From contig JAUCBJ010008776.1 in assembly GCA_032718475.1 (NCBI GenBank), forward strand, positions 62,001 to 126,000: DNA of 64,000 bases. The letters run 5' to 3'. This document shows positions 51,535 to 64,000 of this stretch, piece by piece. Under the pieces are notes generated by a model. That model was not told where the DNA came from and did not search any database. It saw only the letters and a list, made by a program, of their open reading frames with translations. The DNA comes from Nemertoderma westbladi. Its lineage: Eukaryota; Animalia; Xenacoelomorpha. The translations under genes and the position numbers were made by a program. Position 1 is the stretch's first letter. Every line of letters begins with the position of its first letter.

Positions 51535-52700
51535 TCGGCATGCTGCATTGCAGCTGCATTATATATATCACATATATATACAGTATATATATTAAGAATG
51601 CTGTGCCGGCTTATCAACAAATTTGCACCGCCACAGCTCCCTATCCCACATGACTTTCGCTAGATTATCCGCATCTTCAAGGCCAGTGTCCTTTAGGAGA
51701 TGCGTCTAAAGAAAGTCATGGGTTGTCCTGTCCACCTTGCTTATTAATTCCATGGGGCCGGCAAAGCAAAAGACTATGCGCTGTCTGGTCCTCACGGCGA
51801 AAGCAATGTCCTACAAAGCGGAGGCGGTTCCGTTCAAGTGGATTCCAGGACGAAGGTCCGAATGGGACGGAGGTCCGAAACACCTATGACGGAGGTCCTA
51901 AACAACAGGACAAAGGGGAAATGGGACAAAGGTCCGAATAGGACGAAGGTCCGAATAGTACGAAAGTCCGAAAAATCAAGACGAAGGTCCGAAACACCAC
52001 ATTCTAAGATAATATTTACGTGGGGGGGGGGGGGGGGGGGGGGGTGTATTGTGACATACAGAGTTATGTGCTGAAGCGGTTGTAAATTGATTTGTTACTT
52101 GACGCAATTACAAATAATTATGGTACGTTAGGTACATTACAAATAATTATGGTACGTTAGGTACATTGCAAATCAAATTATGGCCGGGACTGTCCGTATA
52201 GTTATTAAACTCGTCGTTATATTATTTAATGCATTTAGTTTTTATTGCATATTAAATTGTTTAACCAATTTATGTCTGATAATACAAAAATAATAAATAT
52301 TATAAACAACAAAAAATAAATAAATAAAGAATACAATTTGTCATTTAACAATTATTATTAATACAGGTGAATAAATAAATAAAAATAATAAATACATTTT
52401 ACATTATTATACTACAAGAATAAACTCTATGCAAATACTGTAGGCCTACATATTTTTATTTTTAAGGGTGAGGAGGGGGAGGAGGAGGTCCGAATGGGAC
52501 AAAGATCCGAAAAAAATAGACCCAGACGGCCACTTTCGGAACTTCGTCTCATTCGGACCTTCGATCCAATACCGTTCAAGTGTCAAGCTAGGGGAGACTA
52601 AAGGATCACCTCCAATGTGGTATAGAGTCTGGTTGGAGATGTGTTCATTGTACTTGACACAATGAACCCGGCGCAGCATTATTGTGAGTATGCCATCCAG
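51535..52700 (-). mobile_element. RTE-like LINE 3' fragment interrupted by a DNA element
   Basis: MLRRVHCVKYNEHISNQTLYHIGGDPLVSPSLTLE / RLRFVGHCFRREDQ..; (TAG)n tail. Confidence 0.85.
51840..52573. mobile_element. MULE/Merlin-like non-autonomous element with GACGAAGGTCCGAA subterminal repeats
   Basis: Target duplication (C)GTTCAAGT, 8-9 bp (51832-51839, 52574-52581); repeats inverted between the two ends. Confidence 0.7.
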
Positions 52701-52712
52701 AAAATTTATTAT

Positions 52713-52798
52713 ATAGGAAGGGATCTAGGGGTCTTAACCTCGAATGATAAGTTTATTTTACCGAAAATCGAGGTTAAGACCCCTAGATCCCTTCCTAT
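52713..52798. mobile_element. Miniature hairpin element (31-bp perfect arms, 24-nt loop, TA flanks)
   Basis: ataggaagggatctaggggtcttaacctcga / tcgaggttaagacccctagatcccttcctat. Confidence 0.75.
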
Positions 52799-53047
52799 TT
52801 AAATAAACTTTGTGCTGATAATGTTAAAGGAGTGCATGAAAAAACTGGTTCCAACACAGTGCCGACATTGTGCCAAATGCCAACACTGTGCCAATAGGTT
52901 CGGCATAATGTTGTGCCGATCCAAGGCCGACTCACTGCCGATACTATGGCGACATTGTGCCAACAATGTGCCGACAGCGACATCGACATAATGTTGTTGC
53001 CGACTATGAGTGCGCCGATAATGTGCTGAAATAGTGCCGAAAACATA

Positions 53048-56000
53048 GGCACGATGCAATACTGTGGCGGAATAAGGCACGATGCATTACTGTGGCGGAA
53101 TAAGGAACGATGCACTACTGTGGCGGAATAAGGCACGATGCACTACTGTGGCGTAATAAGGCACGATGCACTACTGTGGAGGAATAAGGCACGACGCACT
53201 ACTTTGGCGGAATAAGGCACGATGCACTACTGTGGCGGAATTACGCACGATGCACTACTGTGGCGGAATAAGGCACGATGCACTACTGTGGCGGAATAAG
53301 GCACGATGCACTACTGTGGCGGAATAAGGCACGATGCACTATTGTGGCGGAATAAGGCACGATGCACTACTGTGGCGGAATAAGGCACGATGCACTACTG
53401 TGGCGGAATAAGGCACGATGCACTACTGTGGCGGAATAAGGCACGATGCACTACTGTGGCGGAATAAGGCACGATGCACTATTGTGGCGGAATAAGGCAC
53501 GATGCACTACTGTGGCGGAATTACGCACGATGCACTACTGTGGCGGAATAAGGCACGATGCACTACTGTGGCGGAATAAGGCACGATGCACTACTGTGGC
53601 GGAATAAGGCACGATGCACTACTGTGGCGGAATAAGGCACGACGCACTACTTTGGCGGAATAAGTCACGATGAACTACTGTGGCGGAATAAGGCACGATG
53701 CACTACTGTGGCGGAATAAGGCACGATGCACTATTGTGGCGGAATAAGGCACGATGCACTACTGTGGCGGAATAAGGCACGATGCACTATTGTGGCGGAA
53801 TAAGGCACGATGCACTACTGTGGCGGAATAAGGCACGATGCACTACTGTGGCGGAATAAGGCACGATGCACTACTGTGGCGGAATAAGGCACGATGCACT
53901 ACTGTGGCGGAATAAGGCACGATGCACTACTGTGGCGGAATAAGGCACAATGCACTACTGTGGCGGAATAAGGCACGATGCACTACTGTGGCGGAATAAG
54001 GCACGTGCGCTACTGTGGCGGAATAAGGCACGATACGCTACTGTGTCGGAATAACGCACAATGCACTACTGTGGCGGAATAAGGCACGATGCACTACTGT
54101 GGCGGAATAAGGCACAATGCACTACTGTGGCGGAATAAGGCACGTGCGCTACTGTGGCGGAATAAGGCACGATGCGCTACTGTGTCGGAATAACGCACAA
54201 TGCACTACTGTGGCGGAATAAGGCACGATGCACTACTGTGGCGGAATAAGGCACAATGCACTACTGTGGCGGAATAAGGCACGATGCACTACTGTGGCGG
54301 AATAAGGCATGATATGATGCACTACTGTGGCGGAATAAGGCACGTGCGCTACTGTGTCGGAATAAGGCACGTGCACTACTGTGGCGGAATAAGGCACGTG
54401 CGCTACTGTGGCGGAATAAGGCACGATGCACTACTGTGTCGCAATAAGGCACGATGCACTACTGTGGCGGAATAAGGCACGATGCACTACTGTGGCGGAA
54501 TAAGGCACGTACGCTACTGTGGCGGAATAAGGCACGATGCACTACTGTGGCGGAATAAGGCACGATGCACTACTGTGGCGGAATAAGGCACGATGCACTA
54601 CTGTGGCGGAATAAGGCACGATGCACTACTGTGGCGGAATAAGGCACGTGCGCTACTGTGGCGGAATAAGGCACGATGCGCTACTGTGTCGGAATAACGC
54701 ACGATGCACTACTGTGGCGGAATAAGGCACGTGCACTACTGTGGCGGAATAAGGCACGATGCACTACTGTGGCGGAATAAGGCACGATGCACTACTGTGG
54801 CGGAATAAGGGACGATGCACTACTGTGGCGGAATAAGGCACGATGCACTACTGTGGCGGAATAAGGCACGATGCACTACTGTGGCGGAATAAGGCACGAT
54901 GCACTACTGTAGCGGAATAAGGCACGATGCACTACTGTGGCGGAATAAGGCACGATGCACTACTGTGTCGGAATAAGGCACGATGCACTACTGTGTCGCA
55001 ATAAGGCACGATGCACTACTGTGGCGGAATAAGGCACGTGCGCTACTGTGGCGGAATAAGGCACGATGCGCTACTGTGTCGGAATAAGGCACGATGCACT
55101 ACTGTGGCGGAATAAGGCACGATGCACTACTATGTCGGAATAAGGCACGATGCACTACTGTGTCGGAATTACGCACGATGCACTACTGTGGCGGAATAAG
55201 GCACGATGCATTACTGTGTCGGAATAAGGCACGATGCACTACTGTGTCGGAATTACGCACGATGCACTACTGTGGCGGAATAAGGCACGATGCACTACTG
55301 TGGCGGAAAAAGGCACGATGCACTACTGTGGCGGAATAAGGCACGATGCACTACTGTGTCGGAATTACGCACGATGCACTACTGTGGCGGAATAAGGCAC
55401 GATGCACTACTGTGGCGGAAAAAGGCACGATGCACTACTTTGGCGGAATAAGTCACGATGCACTACTGTGGCGGAATAAGGCACGATGCACTACTGTGGC
55501 GGAATAAGGCACGATGCACTATTGTGGCGGAATAAGGCACGATGCACTACTGTGGCGGAATTACGCACGATGCACTACTGTGGCGGAATAAGGCACGATG
55601 CACTACTGTGGCGGAATAAGGCACGATGCACTACTGTGGCGGAATAAGGCACGTGCACTACTGTGGCGGAATAAGGCACGATGCACTACTGTGGCGGAAT
55701 AAGGCACGATGCACTACTGCGGCGGAATAAGGCACGATGCACTACTGTGGCGGAATAAGGCACGATGCACTACTGTGGCGGAATAAGGCACGATGCACTA
55801 CTGTGGCGGAATAAGGCACGTGCGCTACTGTGGCGGAATAAGGCACGATGCACTACTGTGTCGGAATAAGGCACGATGCACTACTGTGTCGGAATTACGC
55901 ACGATGCACTACTGTGGCGGAATAAGGCACGATGCACTACTGTGGCGGAAAAAGGCACGATGCACTACTGTGGCGGAATAAGGCACGATGCGCTACTGTG

Positions 56001-56704
56001 TCGGAATAACGCACGATGCACTACTGTGGCGGAATAAGGCATGATGCACTACTGCGGCGGAATAAGGCACGATGCACTACTGTGGCGGAATAAGGCACGA
56101 TGCACTACTGTGGCGGAATAAGGCACGATGCACTACTGTGGCGGAATAAGGCACGTGCGCTACTGTGGCGGAATAAGGCACGATGCACTACTGTGGCGGA
56201 ATAAGGCACGTGCGCTACTGTGGCGGAATAAGGCACGATGCACTACTGTGGCGGAATAAGGCATGATGCACTACTGTGGCGGAATAAGGCACGATGCACT
56301 ACTGTGGCGGAATAAGGCACGATGCACTACTGTGGCGGAATAAGGCACGATGCACTACTGTGTCGGAATAAGGCACGATGCACTACTGTGTCGGAATAAG
56401 GCACGTGCACTACTGTGGCGGAATAAGGCACGATGCACTACTGTGGCGGAATAAGGCACGTGCGCTACTGTGGCGGAATAAGGCACGATGCACTACTGTG
56501 GCGGAATAAGGCACGTACGCTACTGTGGCGGAATAAGGCACGATGCACTACTGTGGCGGAATAAGGCACGATGCACTACTGTGTCGGAATAAGGCACGAT
56601 GCACTACTGTGGCGGAATAAGGCACGTACGCTACTGTGGCGGAATAAGGCACGATGCACTACTGTGGCGGAATAAGGCACGATGCACTACTGTGTCGGAA
56701 TAAG
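53048..56704. repeat. 28-bp satellite (GCACGATGCACTACTGTGGCGGAATAAG), ~130 copies
   Basis: Highly homogeneous array with recurring 27-bp (gcacgtgcgc) and gtgtcgg variants. Confidence 0.98.
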
Positions 56705-56939
56705 AATGTGCCGACAGAAGTGTCCACTGTTGTAGGTCTATGTCCCGGCCACATAGGTGAGAAAAACGAAAGGCAGCTGTTGACAATTTTTTTAAGAGAT
56801 AAAATTATGTATTACTAGTGAGAAAGACATTTGTGAAATGAATTCAAACGATTATTCATTGTTTATTAATGGCAACAAAAATAAAACTAAGGAGTTTACA
56901 ATGCATAATGTAGGTGATGAATTTAAGAAAATAATTTAT

Positions 56940-57035
56940 CTAAATTAGTGTATCTGAAGTTAGTTGTTTCGAACCTGAAGTTAGGTAAATCCGTAGGGTC
57001 TGATAGTCTTTCGACTGAGCACTTTGTGCACAGTA
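56940..57035 (+). mobile_element. Small LINE fragment (pre-RT region, Jockey/L2-group-like)
   Basis: LKLGKSVGSDSLSTEHFVH resembles the K..GPD.I..E motif. Confidence 0.4.
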
Positions 57036-57089
57036 ATACGTAAATTGTTTCCGTCCGTAAATAGCGGTGCAATCATCATTGTAACTCCT

Positions 57090-57330
57090 CAATGCCTTCA
57101 ACCCTGTCTTCCACCTTTACATCTCATTGAAGACAATTGGATCCCCGATGATAAAATATATATAATAACTGTATGATGGTTTAATGACATTTTCTGTACA
57201 ACAGGATGAAGAGAGTAGAGATACTGATCATTTGAAATGACAAGCGGTGCCCTACAAGGTGACGCAGTTGCACCTTTTCTCTCCTCTATTGCGGTTGACA
57301 ATGTACTACGAATGGCTCTTGATCAACATA
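57090..57330 (+). pseudogene. RTE-like reverse transcriptase fragment
   Basis: GALQGDAVAPFLSSIAVDNVLRMAL (RT motif B'). Confidence 0.7.
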
Positions 57331-58169
57331 AGATAGGCGGGGTGGAAATACAAGTAGAAGTAAAGGAAAATCTTCCATATGGTGTTGCTATGGAAACGCA
57401 GCCGCCCATGTGGGTCTGGGTAGTGTGTTTAGCTGTGTGGCTGAGATATACCATGACCCGTAATATAATGTAATTTTCTGATGACACGGACCCACCCGTT
57501 ATATGTATCTTTATCAAAGTGTTTGAACTTTCAAACACAACTAGTTCAACTCACCGTCGTTGTTATCATGAAGCCGGAATTTTCGATTTTGACTCTAATT
57601 TTTTTTATAAGCGTTTTAAAAAAGTGTCTTTTGCGAGATCGCACCCTCCGTATCGTGGCCATTCTTGACATTAATCGTAACTTACTGTCGTCATATTCAT
57701 AATAAAGCTTGCGTTGCAAGGATTCGAAATATCTAAGAATATCTGAATTTCGTGGAAAAACAGCTGAGATATTTAGCTTTCAAAGATTTCAAGAATTATC
57801 GTACGATTTAGGCCATTTATTCTATTTAAAAAATTCACAAAATTATAGAATGTTTTAATTTTTCTTGCAGGTGGAGTTGGAGTAGGTGGAAACATTCGAC
57901 ATTCGATCAATTCTTATACAGTTTAAAAAAACTTTAATTAATTCATATTATATTTTTGTTGCAATATGTTTAGTTAGTGTAAAGTTAGTTTTAGTTATGT
58001 AGTTAGTATTTAGTTATTAGTAGTTATAGAAAGTAGATATAAAAATACTTGCTACCAGTGCCGGATTTAGACATTTTGAAAGGTGTATGTCATAGTTTAT
58101 TTAAAGGGGGGGGGGGGGGGGGGGCAAAACACCCCCTCCCATCCTAGTATCAGTTAACTTTGAAAGTCC

Positions 58170-59063
58170 TCAGCAAGTCTCTGATCGAATGAGCATAAGC
58201 TCAAAGGAGGGTATGCTTGAGCATGTGGACGACTTCTGTTACCTGGGATCATGGATCCGGAAGTCAGGTGAGGACCTTCGAATACGTAAGGGAATGGCAT
58301 GGGCAGCCTTGAATAGGCTTTCCAGGATTTGGAAGTCGCCGAGAATTAATCGGAAACTTAAGGTCCGATTATTTAGAGCAGCAGTAGTTCCAGTACTCCT
58401 CTACGGGAGTCCATGCTGGGCTCTAACTGCTGAGGACACCAAATCTCTGGATGGCACATTCACAAGAATGCTACGCCGGGTTCATTGTGTCAAGTACAAT
58501 GCACACATCTCCAACCAGACACTATATAACATTGGAGGTGTCTCATTGGTTCCCCCAAGCTTGACACTAGAACAAAATCGCCTCCGCTTTTCATGATTTT
58601 TCATTTCGTTTTGCAACAAGTTTTCTCGCCCGGATAGTAAAACCGCACATCCTACGTAATCGAATACTATAGGAAATTATTTAAACACTCATCACAATGC
58701 TATTTTGATGTCGACCAACAATTAGTTTATAGGTTGGTGTTCGGGAATACCTTGTGCTGTGGTTGGCGTTGGTGTTACCGTATACATTGGGGGTGTTGGT
58801 GTTCCTCCGCCTCCGCTTTGCAGGACATTGCTTTCGCCGTGAGGACCAGCCAGTGCATAATCTTGTACTTTGGCAGCCTCATGGAGTGAATAAGCATGGT
58901 GGACAGCCCATGACTTTCTTGAGACGCATCTTAAAGGACACTGGCCTTGAAGATGCGGATGATCTAGCAAATGTCATGGGTGATAGGGAGTTGTGGCGGT
59001 GCAATTTTGTTGACAAGCCGGCACAGCATTCTTAAAAATGCAGCTGCAATGCAGCATGCCGAT
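58170..59063 (+). mobile_element. RTE-like LINE 3' portion with a 217-bp insertion (58591-58807)
   Basis: LEHVDDFCYLGSWI..RKGMAWAALNRLSRIWKS..LKVRLFRAAVVPVLLYGS..W..LDGTFTRMLRR..RLRFAGHC; insertion flanked by 12-bp duplication CGCCTCCGCTTT. Confidence 0.9.
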
Positions 59064-59845
59064 CCTAGTAGTAATCCTAGTTTCTGTTTGAATATTTATT
59101 GGATGCGCGCCGTACAAATTATAAATTCGCACAATCTCTCTACTGTAAACCTTATCTATTAATAGACCAGTATTACCAGATTACCTCAAAGCTCTATTGT
59201 TTACAACTAATTTATCCCATAAATTTTCAAACCAATGCATCAAAAAAAATTAATCAGTAAATCTTTAGTGCTGGCGTAAATCTAGCAAACAACCTTTTTA
59301 TTTTATTGTTTTTTTTCATGATTATTTTTATTGATTTTTACCCATCTTGAGATGGAGTTAGCAACCAATAAGATGGTACACCGTACAAAGTGACTCACCT
59401 GTTGGAATTAACAGAAATCAGAGAGTATTGCGTTATGAATCCGCCTATACTACAACTATGTCGATGGATTTTGGGTAAAACGAATTAACTAAACTGCATA
59501 AAATAAAATTACTTTCTACCTGTTTTTATAGTGCAGTTCTAACTAACCTCTTGGTGAAACAGGATACAGCCCATTTATTGGCCGATCAGTTGCCATGGTA
59601 TTTTAGAAGGGAAAGGTGCATCAATTTCATGGGTATCATTGGCCACTGATTGGCTGATCGCTATAACCAATTCAAACTATCAAAATAAAATTGTTGATAA
59701 TATTTGTTGCAGTTGGCAGTGACTTAGAGGAAACAAGTTAAAACAAATTAATCTTGCACGATTTGAAGAACAAGAAATAAATATATGGCTAATCCAATGA
59801 ATCGAATGCGCAAAATGACCACAAACACCAATTTTATATTGAAAA

Positions 59846-62390
59846 CTATCGAGAGTAAAAATATCGAGAGTAAAAATACCGAGTGTTGAAAAATATCGAG
59901 AGTAAAAATATCGAGTGTTGAAAAATATCGAGAGTAAAAATATCGAGAGTAAAAATATCGAAAGCTGAAAAATATCGTGAGTAAAATAACGAGAGTAAAA
60001 ATATCGAGTGTTGAAAAATATCGAGAGTAAAAATAACGAGAGTTGAAAAATATCGAGAGTAAAAATAAGAGAGTTGAAAAATATCGAGAGTAAAAATAAG
60101 AGAGTTGAAAAATATCGATGGTAAAAATATCGAGAATAAAAATATCGAGAGTAAAAATATCGAGAGTAAAAATACCGAGTGTTGAAAAATACCGAGAGTA
60201 AAAATACCGAGAGTAAAAATAGCGAGACATGAAAAATATCGAGAGTTAAAATGTCGCGTGTAAAAATATCGAGTGTTGAAAAATATCGATAATATCGCGA
60301 GTTCAAAAAATATCGAGAGTAAAAATATCGAGAGTAAAAATATCGAGAGAAAAAATATCGAGAGTAAAAATATCGAGAGTAAAAATATCGAAAGCTGAAA
60401 AATATCGTGAGTAAAATAACGAGAGTAAAAATATCGAGTGTTGAAAAATATCGAGAGTAAAAATAACGAGAGTTGAAAAATATCGAGAGTAAAAATAAGA
60501 GAGTTGAAAAATATCGAGAGTAAAAATAATAGAGTTGAAAAATATCGATGGTAAAAATATCGAGAATAAAAATATCGAGAGTAAAAATATCGAGAGTAAA
60601 AATACCGAGTGTTGAAAAATACCGAGAGTAAAAATACCGAGAGTAAAAATAGCGAGACATGAAAAATATCGAGAGTTAAAATGTCGCGTGTAAAAATATC
60701 GAGTGTTGAAAAATATCGAGAGTAAAAATAACGAGAGTAGAAAAATATCGAGAGTAAAAATAAGAGAGTTGAAAAATATCGAGAGTAAAAATAAGAGAGT
60801 TGAAAAATATCGATGGTAAAAATATCGAGAATAAAAATATCGAGAGTAAAAATATCGAGAGTAAAAATAACGAGAGTAGAAAAATATCGAGAGTAAAAAT
60901 AAGAGAGTTGAAAAATATCGAGAGTAAAAATAAGAGAGTTGAAAAATATCGATGGTAAAAATATCGAGAATAAAAATATCGAGAGTAAAAATATCGAGAG
61001 TAAAAATACCGAGTGTTGAAAAATACCGAGAGTAAAAATACCGAGAGTAAAAATAGCGAGACATGAAAAATATCGAGAGTTAAAATGTCGCGTGTAAAAA
61101 TATCGAGTGTTGAAAAATATCGAGAGTAAAAATATCGAGTGTTGAAAAATATCGAGAGTAAAAATACCGAGAGTAAAAATAGCGAGACATGAAAAATATC
61201 GAGAGTTAAAATGTCGCGTGTAAAAATATCGAGTGTTGAAAAATATCGATAATATCGCGAGTTCAAAAAATATCGAGAGTAAAAATATCGAGAGAAAAAA
61301 TATCGAGAGTAAAAATATCGAGAGTAAAAATACCGAGAGTAAAAATAGCGAGACATGAAAAATATCGAGAGTTAAAATGTCGCGTGTAAAAATATCGAGT
61401 GTTGAAAAATATCGATAATATCGCGAGTTCAAAAAATATCGAGAGTAAAAATATCGAGAGAAAAAATATCGAGAGTAAAAATATCGAGAGTAAAAATATC
61501 GAAAGCTGAAAAATATCGAGAGTAAAAATAACGAGAGTAAAAAAATATCGAGAATAAAAATAACGAGAGTTAAAATACCGAGAGTAAAAATAACGAGACA
61601 TGAAAAATATCGAGAGTAAAAATATCGAGTGTTGAAAAATATCGATAATATCGCGAGTTCCAAAAATATCGAGAGTAAAAATATAGAGAGTAGAAAAATA
61701 TCGAGAGTAAAAATATCGAGAATAAAAATAACGAGAGTTAAAATACCGAGAGTAATAATAACGAGACATAAAAAATATCGAGAGTAAAAATATCGAGTGT
61801 TGAAAAATATCGATAATATCGCAAGTTCCAAAAAATATCGAGAGTAAAAATATCGAGAGTAAAAATATCGAGAGTAAAAATACCGAGTGTTGAAAAATAC
61901 CGAGAGTAAAAATATCGAGAGTAAAAATATCGAGAGTAAAAAAAATCGAGAGTAAGAATAACGAGAGTTGAAAAATATCGAGAGTAAAAACAACGAGAGT
62001 AAAAATATTGAGCGTAAAAATATCGAGAGTAAAATAATCGAGAGTAAAAATATCGAGTGTTGAAAAATATCGAGAGTAAAAATATAGAGAATAAAATATC
62101 GAGAGTAAAAATATAGAGAATAAAATATCGAGAGTAAAAATATAGAGATTAAAATATCGAGAGGAAAAATATCGAGCGTAAAAATATCGAGAGTAAAAAA
62201 AATCGAGAGTAAAAATATCGAGAGTAAAAATATTGAGCGTAAAAATATCGAGATTAAAAATCGAGAATAAAAATAACGAGAGTAAAAATATTGAGAGCAA
62301 AATATCGAGACTAAAATTATCGAGAGTAAAAATAACGAGAGTAAAAATATCGAGAGTAAAAATTTCAAGAGTAAAAAAGTCGAGAGTAAC
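59846..62390. repeat. 15-bp-based tandem array (AAAAATATCGAGAGT) with variants and a 430-bp higher-order duplication
   Basis: Direct reading; marker gaaagctgaaaaatatcgtgag at ~59960 and ~60390. Confidence 0.97.
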
Positions 62391-62889
62391 AATTTTTAAT
62401 AACGGTTGTATGATATTTTTTTCCAAATGTTCTAGAACAAAGAAATGTCTTCTAGAACAAAAATATTTATCAAAATTGATAGCTAGCATATCTAAAATAT
62501 TTATAGAAAAATAGCAACAACTAGTAAATGTGTATAAAAAATCTGGTCAATGGGTACCCAAGGTGTATAAATGCCATTTATTTGCACTTATAAAATGCTC
62601 ACAATATTTTTCACCAATACCGGTGAAGGTTATAGTGGCATCGTTTTATACCAAAGCAATAAACTAAATTATATTTCACTTACTTATTTTATTTATTTTT
62701 ATGTCAAATCTGATTTTATGTATTGAATCTGCTAATCCGCTTTTTGTTATGCAAAGCTTTCTTAATACAGTAACTATTTTCCGCTTTTTTCTGAGACTCC
62801 CTTGCTATATAGACTGGTCCAAGTTATAACCTCTGGGTACAACTTTGACATAAACCAGCCCACAATCGCTCAATTATTTACCACCACCC

Positions 62890-64000
62890 ACCCATGAATG
62901 CACGAGTTCATGGCACAGGCACAGGTGCTCTATGTACCTACGTACCGTATAATGGCCATACAGCCCTCTATCTCCATGGTAGTGCTAGTAAGCAACTTTG
63001 GAGTGAGGAGGGCCACACATAGGGTGACCCTGCCACCATGCTGGGCTACGGATGTGGAACCCTCCCCATGATCCGTTCATTGAGGCAAGTTGGCAATAGA
63101 TTACCGATACATCCCAATGAAACAAACCCCCACCCACCAGCCGAGCACCATGTAAACGACCACCATGCGATCCACATCCAAGCAACCTGCAACAATGTGA
63201 CTCACCACCGCATGACCCACCACAATGGTCCACCACATAAATTCCTCCAATATAGAGACCCTTCACAATGCGATTTTCCAAGATGCGACTGATTACCAAG
63301 CAACCTGCCATATGGTGATTTGCCACCCTGCTACCCACAACCAAGCGACCTGTCACAAAGAGTTTGGCAACCTGCATTCCGCTACCCAATAATGCCCAGC
63401 TAACTGGAAGTACCACATGCTGGCAAAAACAGTGCTGGTATGCTGGTGACTCTTCATCAGCCAGTCTTAGTGGGTGTGGCGAGTTGGTGGAAGGAGCTGC
63501 ATCAATGAGGACCCTAAATTGGCAATAAACCTGAGCCTTCGCAAAGTTACCTAGTGATAAAACCACAATTTACAAAGAGGGCTTTGGAGATATGTTCAGC
63601 GACTCTGGTGTTTGGATCCCTTGGCATTGTTTTCTCAGGGGCTATGTGGGGGACACCCAGGGTGTACAGGGGTATATAGCCAAGAAGGATGCGGGGTGGG
63701 TGCTAAGTATTGGTTGGATATCCATACCATCCTGGATGCCGAGACTTTCCAGAACAACCCCGATCTGAGATCATCCATGGGCTCACGCCGCCTAGTCTCC
63801 CGACAAGTGTGGGGGGGGGGGGGGCACTTCAGTCAGTGACACATTACCTTATTTGCAAGTCCGGGGACCTGACTATAAAGCGGCACGTTGAGCTTCGGAA
63901 GGTCTTTGTAGACCCAATCATCTCTGTGTTCAAAGGGGTGGATGTATAGCGGGATGTGTACCAGTTACCTAGACGGAAGTGGTCGCGAGATTGTAGGGTG
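62890..64000 (+). pseudogene. CRE-like non-LTR retrotransposon fragment (RT core, deletion, Zn-knuckle/RLE start)
   Basis: LWSEEGHT*GDPATMLGYGCGTLPMIRSL; QCWYAGDSS..WWKEL..GP..G..P..S..YLVIK; WL..LDAETF..LPTS....HYLICKSG..IKRH.ELR. Confidence 0.75.

Noticed and set aside
53048-56704. Short ORFs and CRISPR-like repeat length (28 bp)
   Set aside because: Head-to-tail monomers with no spacers
57386-57399. RFX X-box-like motif GTTGCTATGGAAAC (related ones at ~25713 and ~59589)
   Set aside because: Lies among TE fragments with no adjacent gene start; such motifs are common in repeats
59680-62514. 848-aa and overlapping hydrophobic ORFs
   Set aside because: All three minus frames are open because the repeat rarely contains stop codons; no codon-level constraint visible
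62985-63566. 193-aa minus-strand ORF
   Set aside because: Antisense shadow of the plus-strand CRE-like RT fragment

Overview
AT-rich, repeat-dense eukaryotic (most likely marine invertebrate) genomic DNA with no clearly intact host gene. About a quarter of the window is tandem arrays: 30-bp (8.6-9.1 kb), 32-bp (9.7-18.7 kb), G-rich ~26-bp (29.2-29.6 kb), 28-bp (53.0-56.7 kb) and 15-bp-based (59.8-62.4 kb). The rest is a nest of transposon relics: a nearly intact 2.9-kb piggyBac (TTAA TSDs, 14-bp TIRs, one frameshift), a decayed BEL/Pao LTR retrotransposon carrying a duplicated tRNA-SINE, two CRE-like non-LTR fragments, several copies of one RTE-like LINE, and MITEs of P-like, Tc1/mariner-like, hAT-like and MULE-like type. 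Less routine items are a hammerhead-ribozyme core inside a direct+inverted repeat arrangement (Penelope/retrozyme-like), a perfect 347-bp palindrome, an intronless Ly6/three-finger-like GPI-protein pseudogene, and GC-rich orphan ORFs at the left edge that may be an endogenous DNA virus. No CRISPR array and no demonstrably new biological system could be supported. All family assignments come from motif recognition by eye, not database searches.
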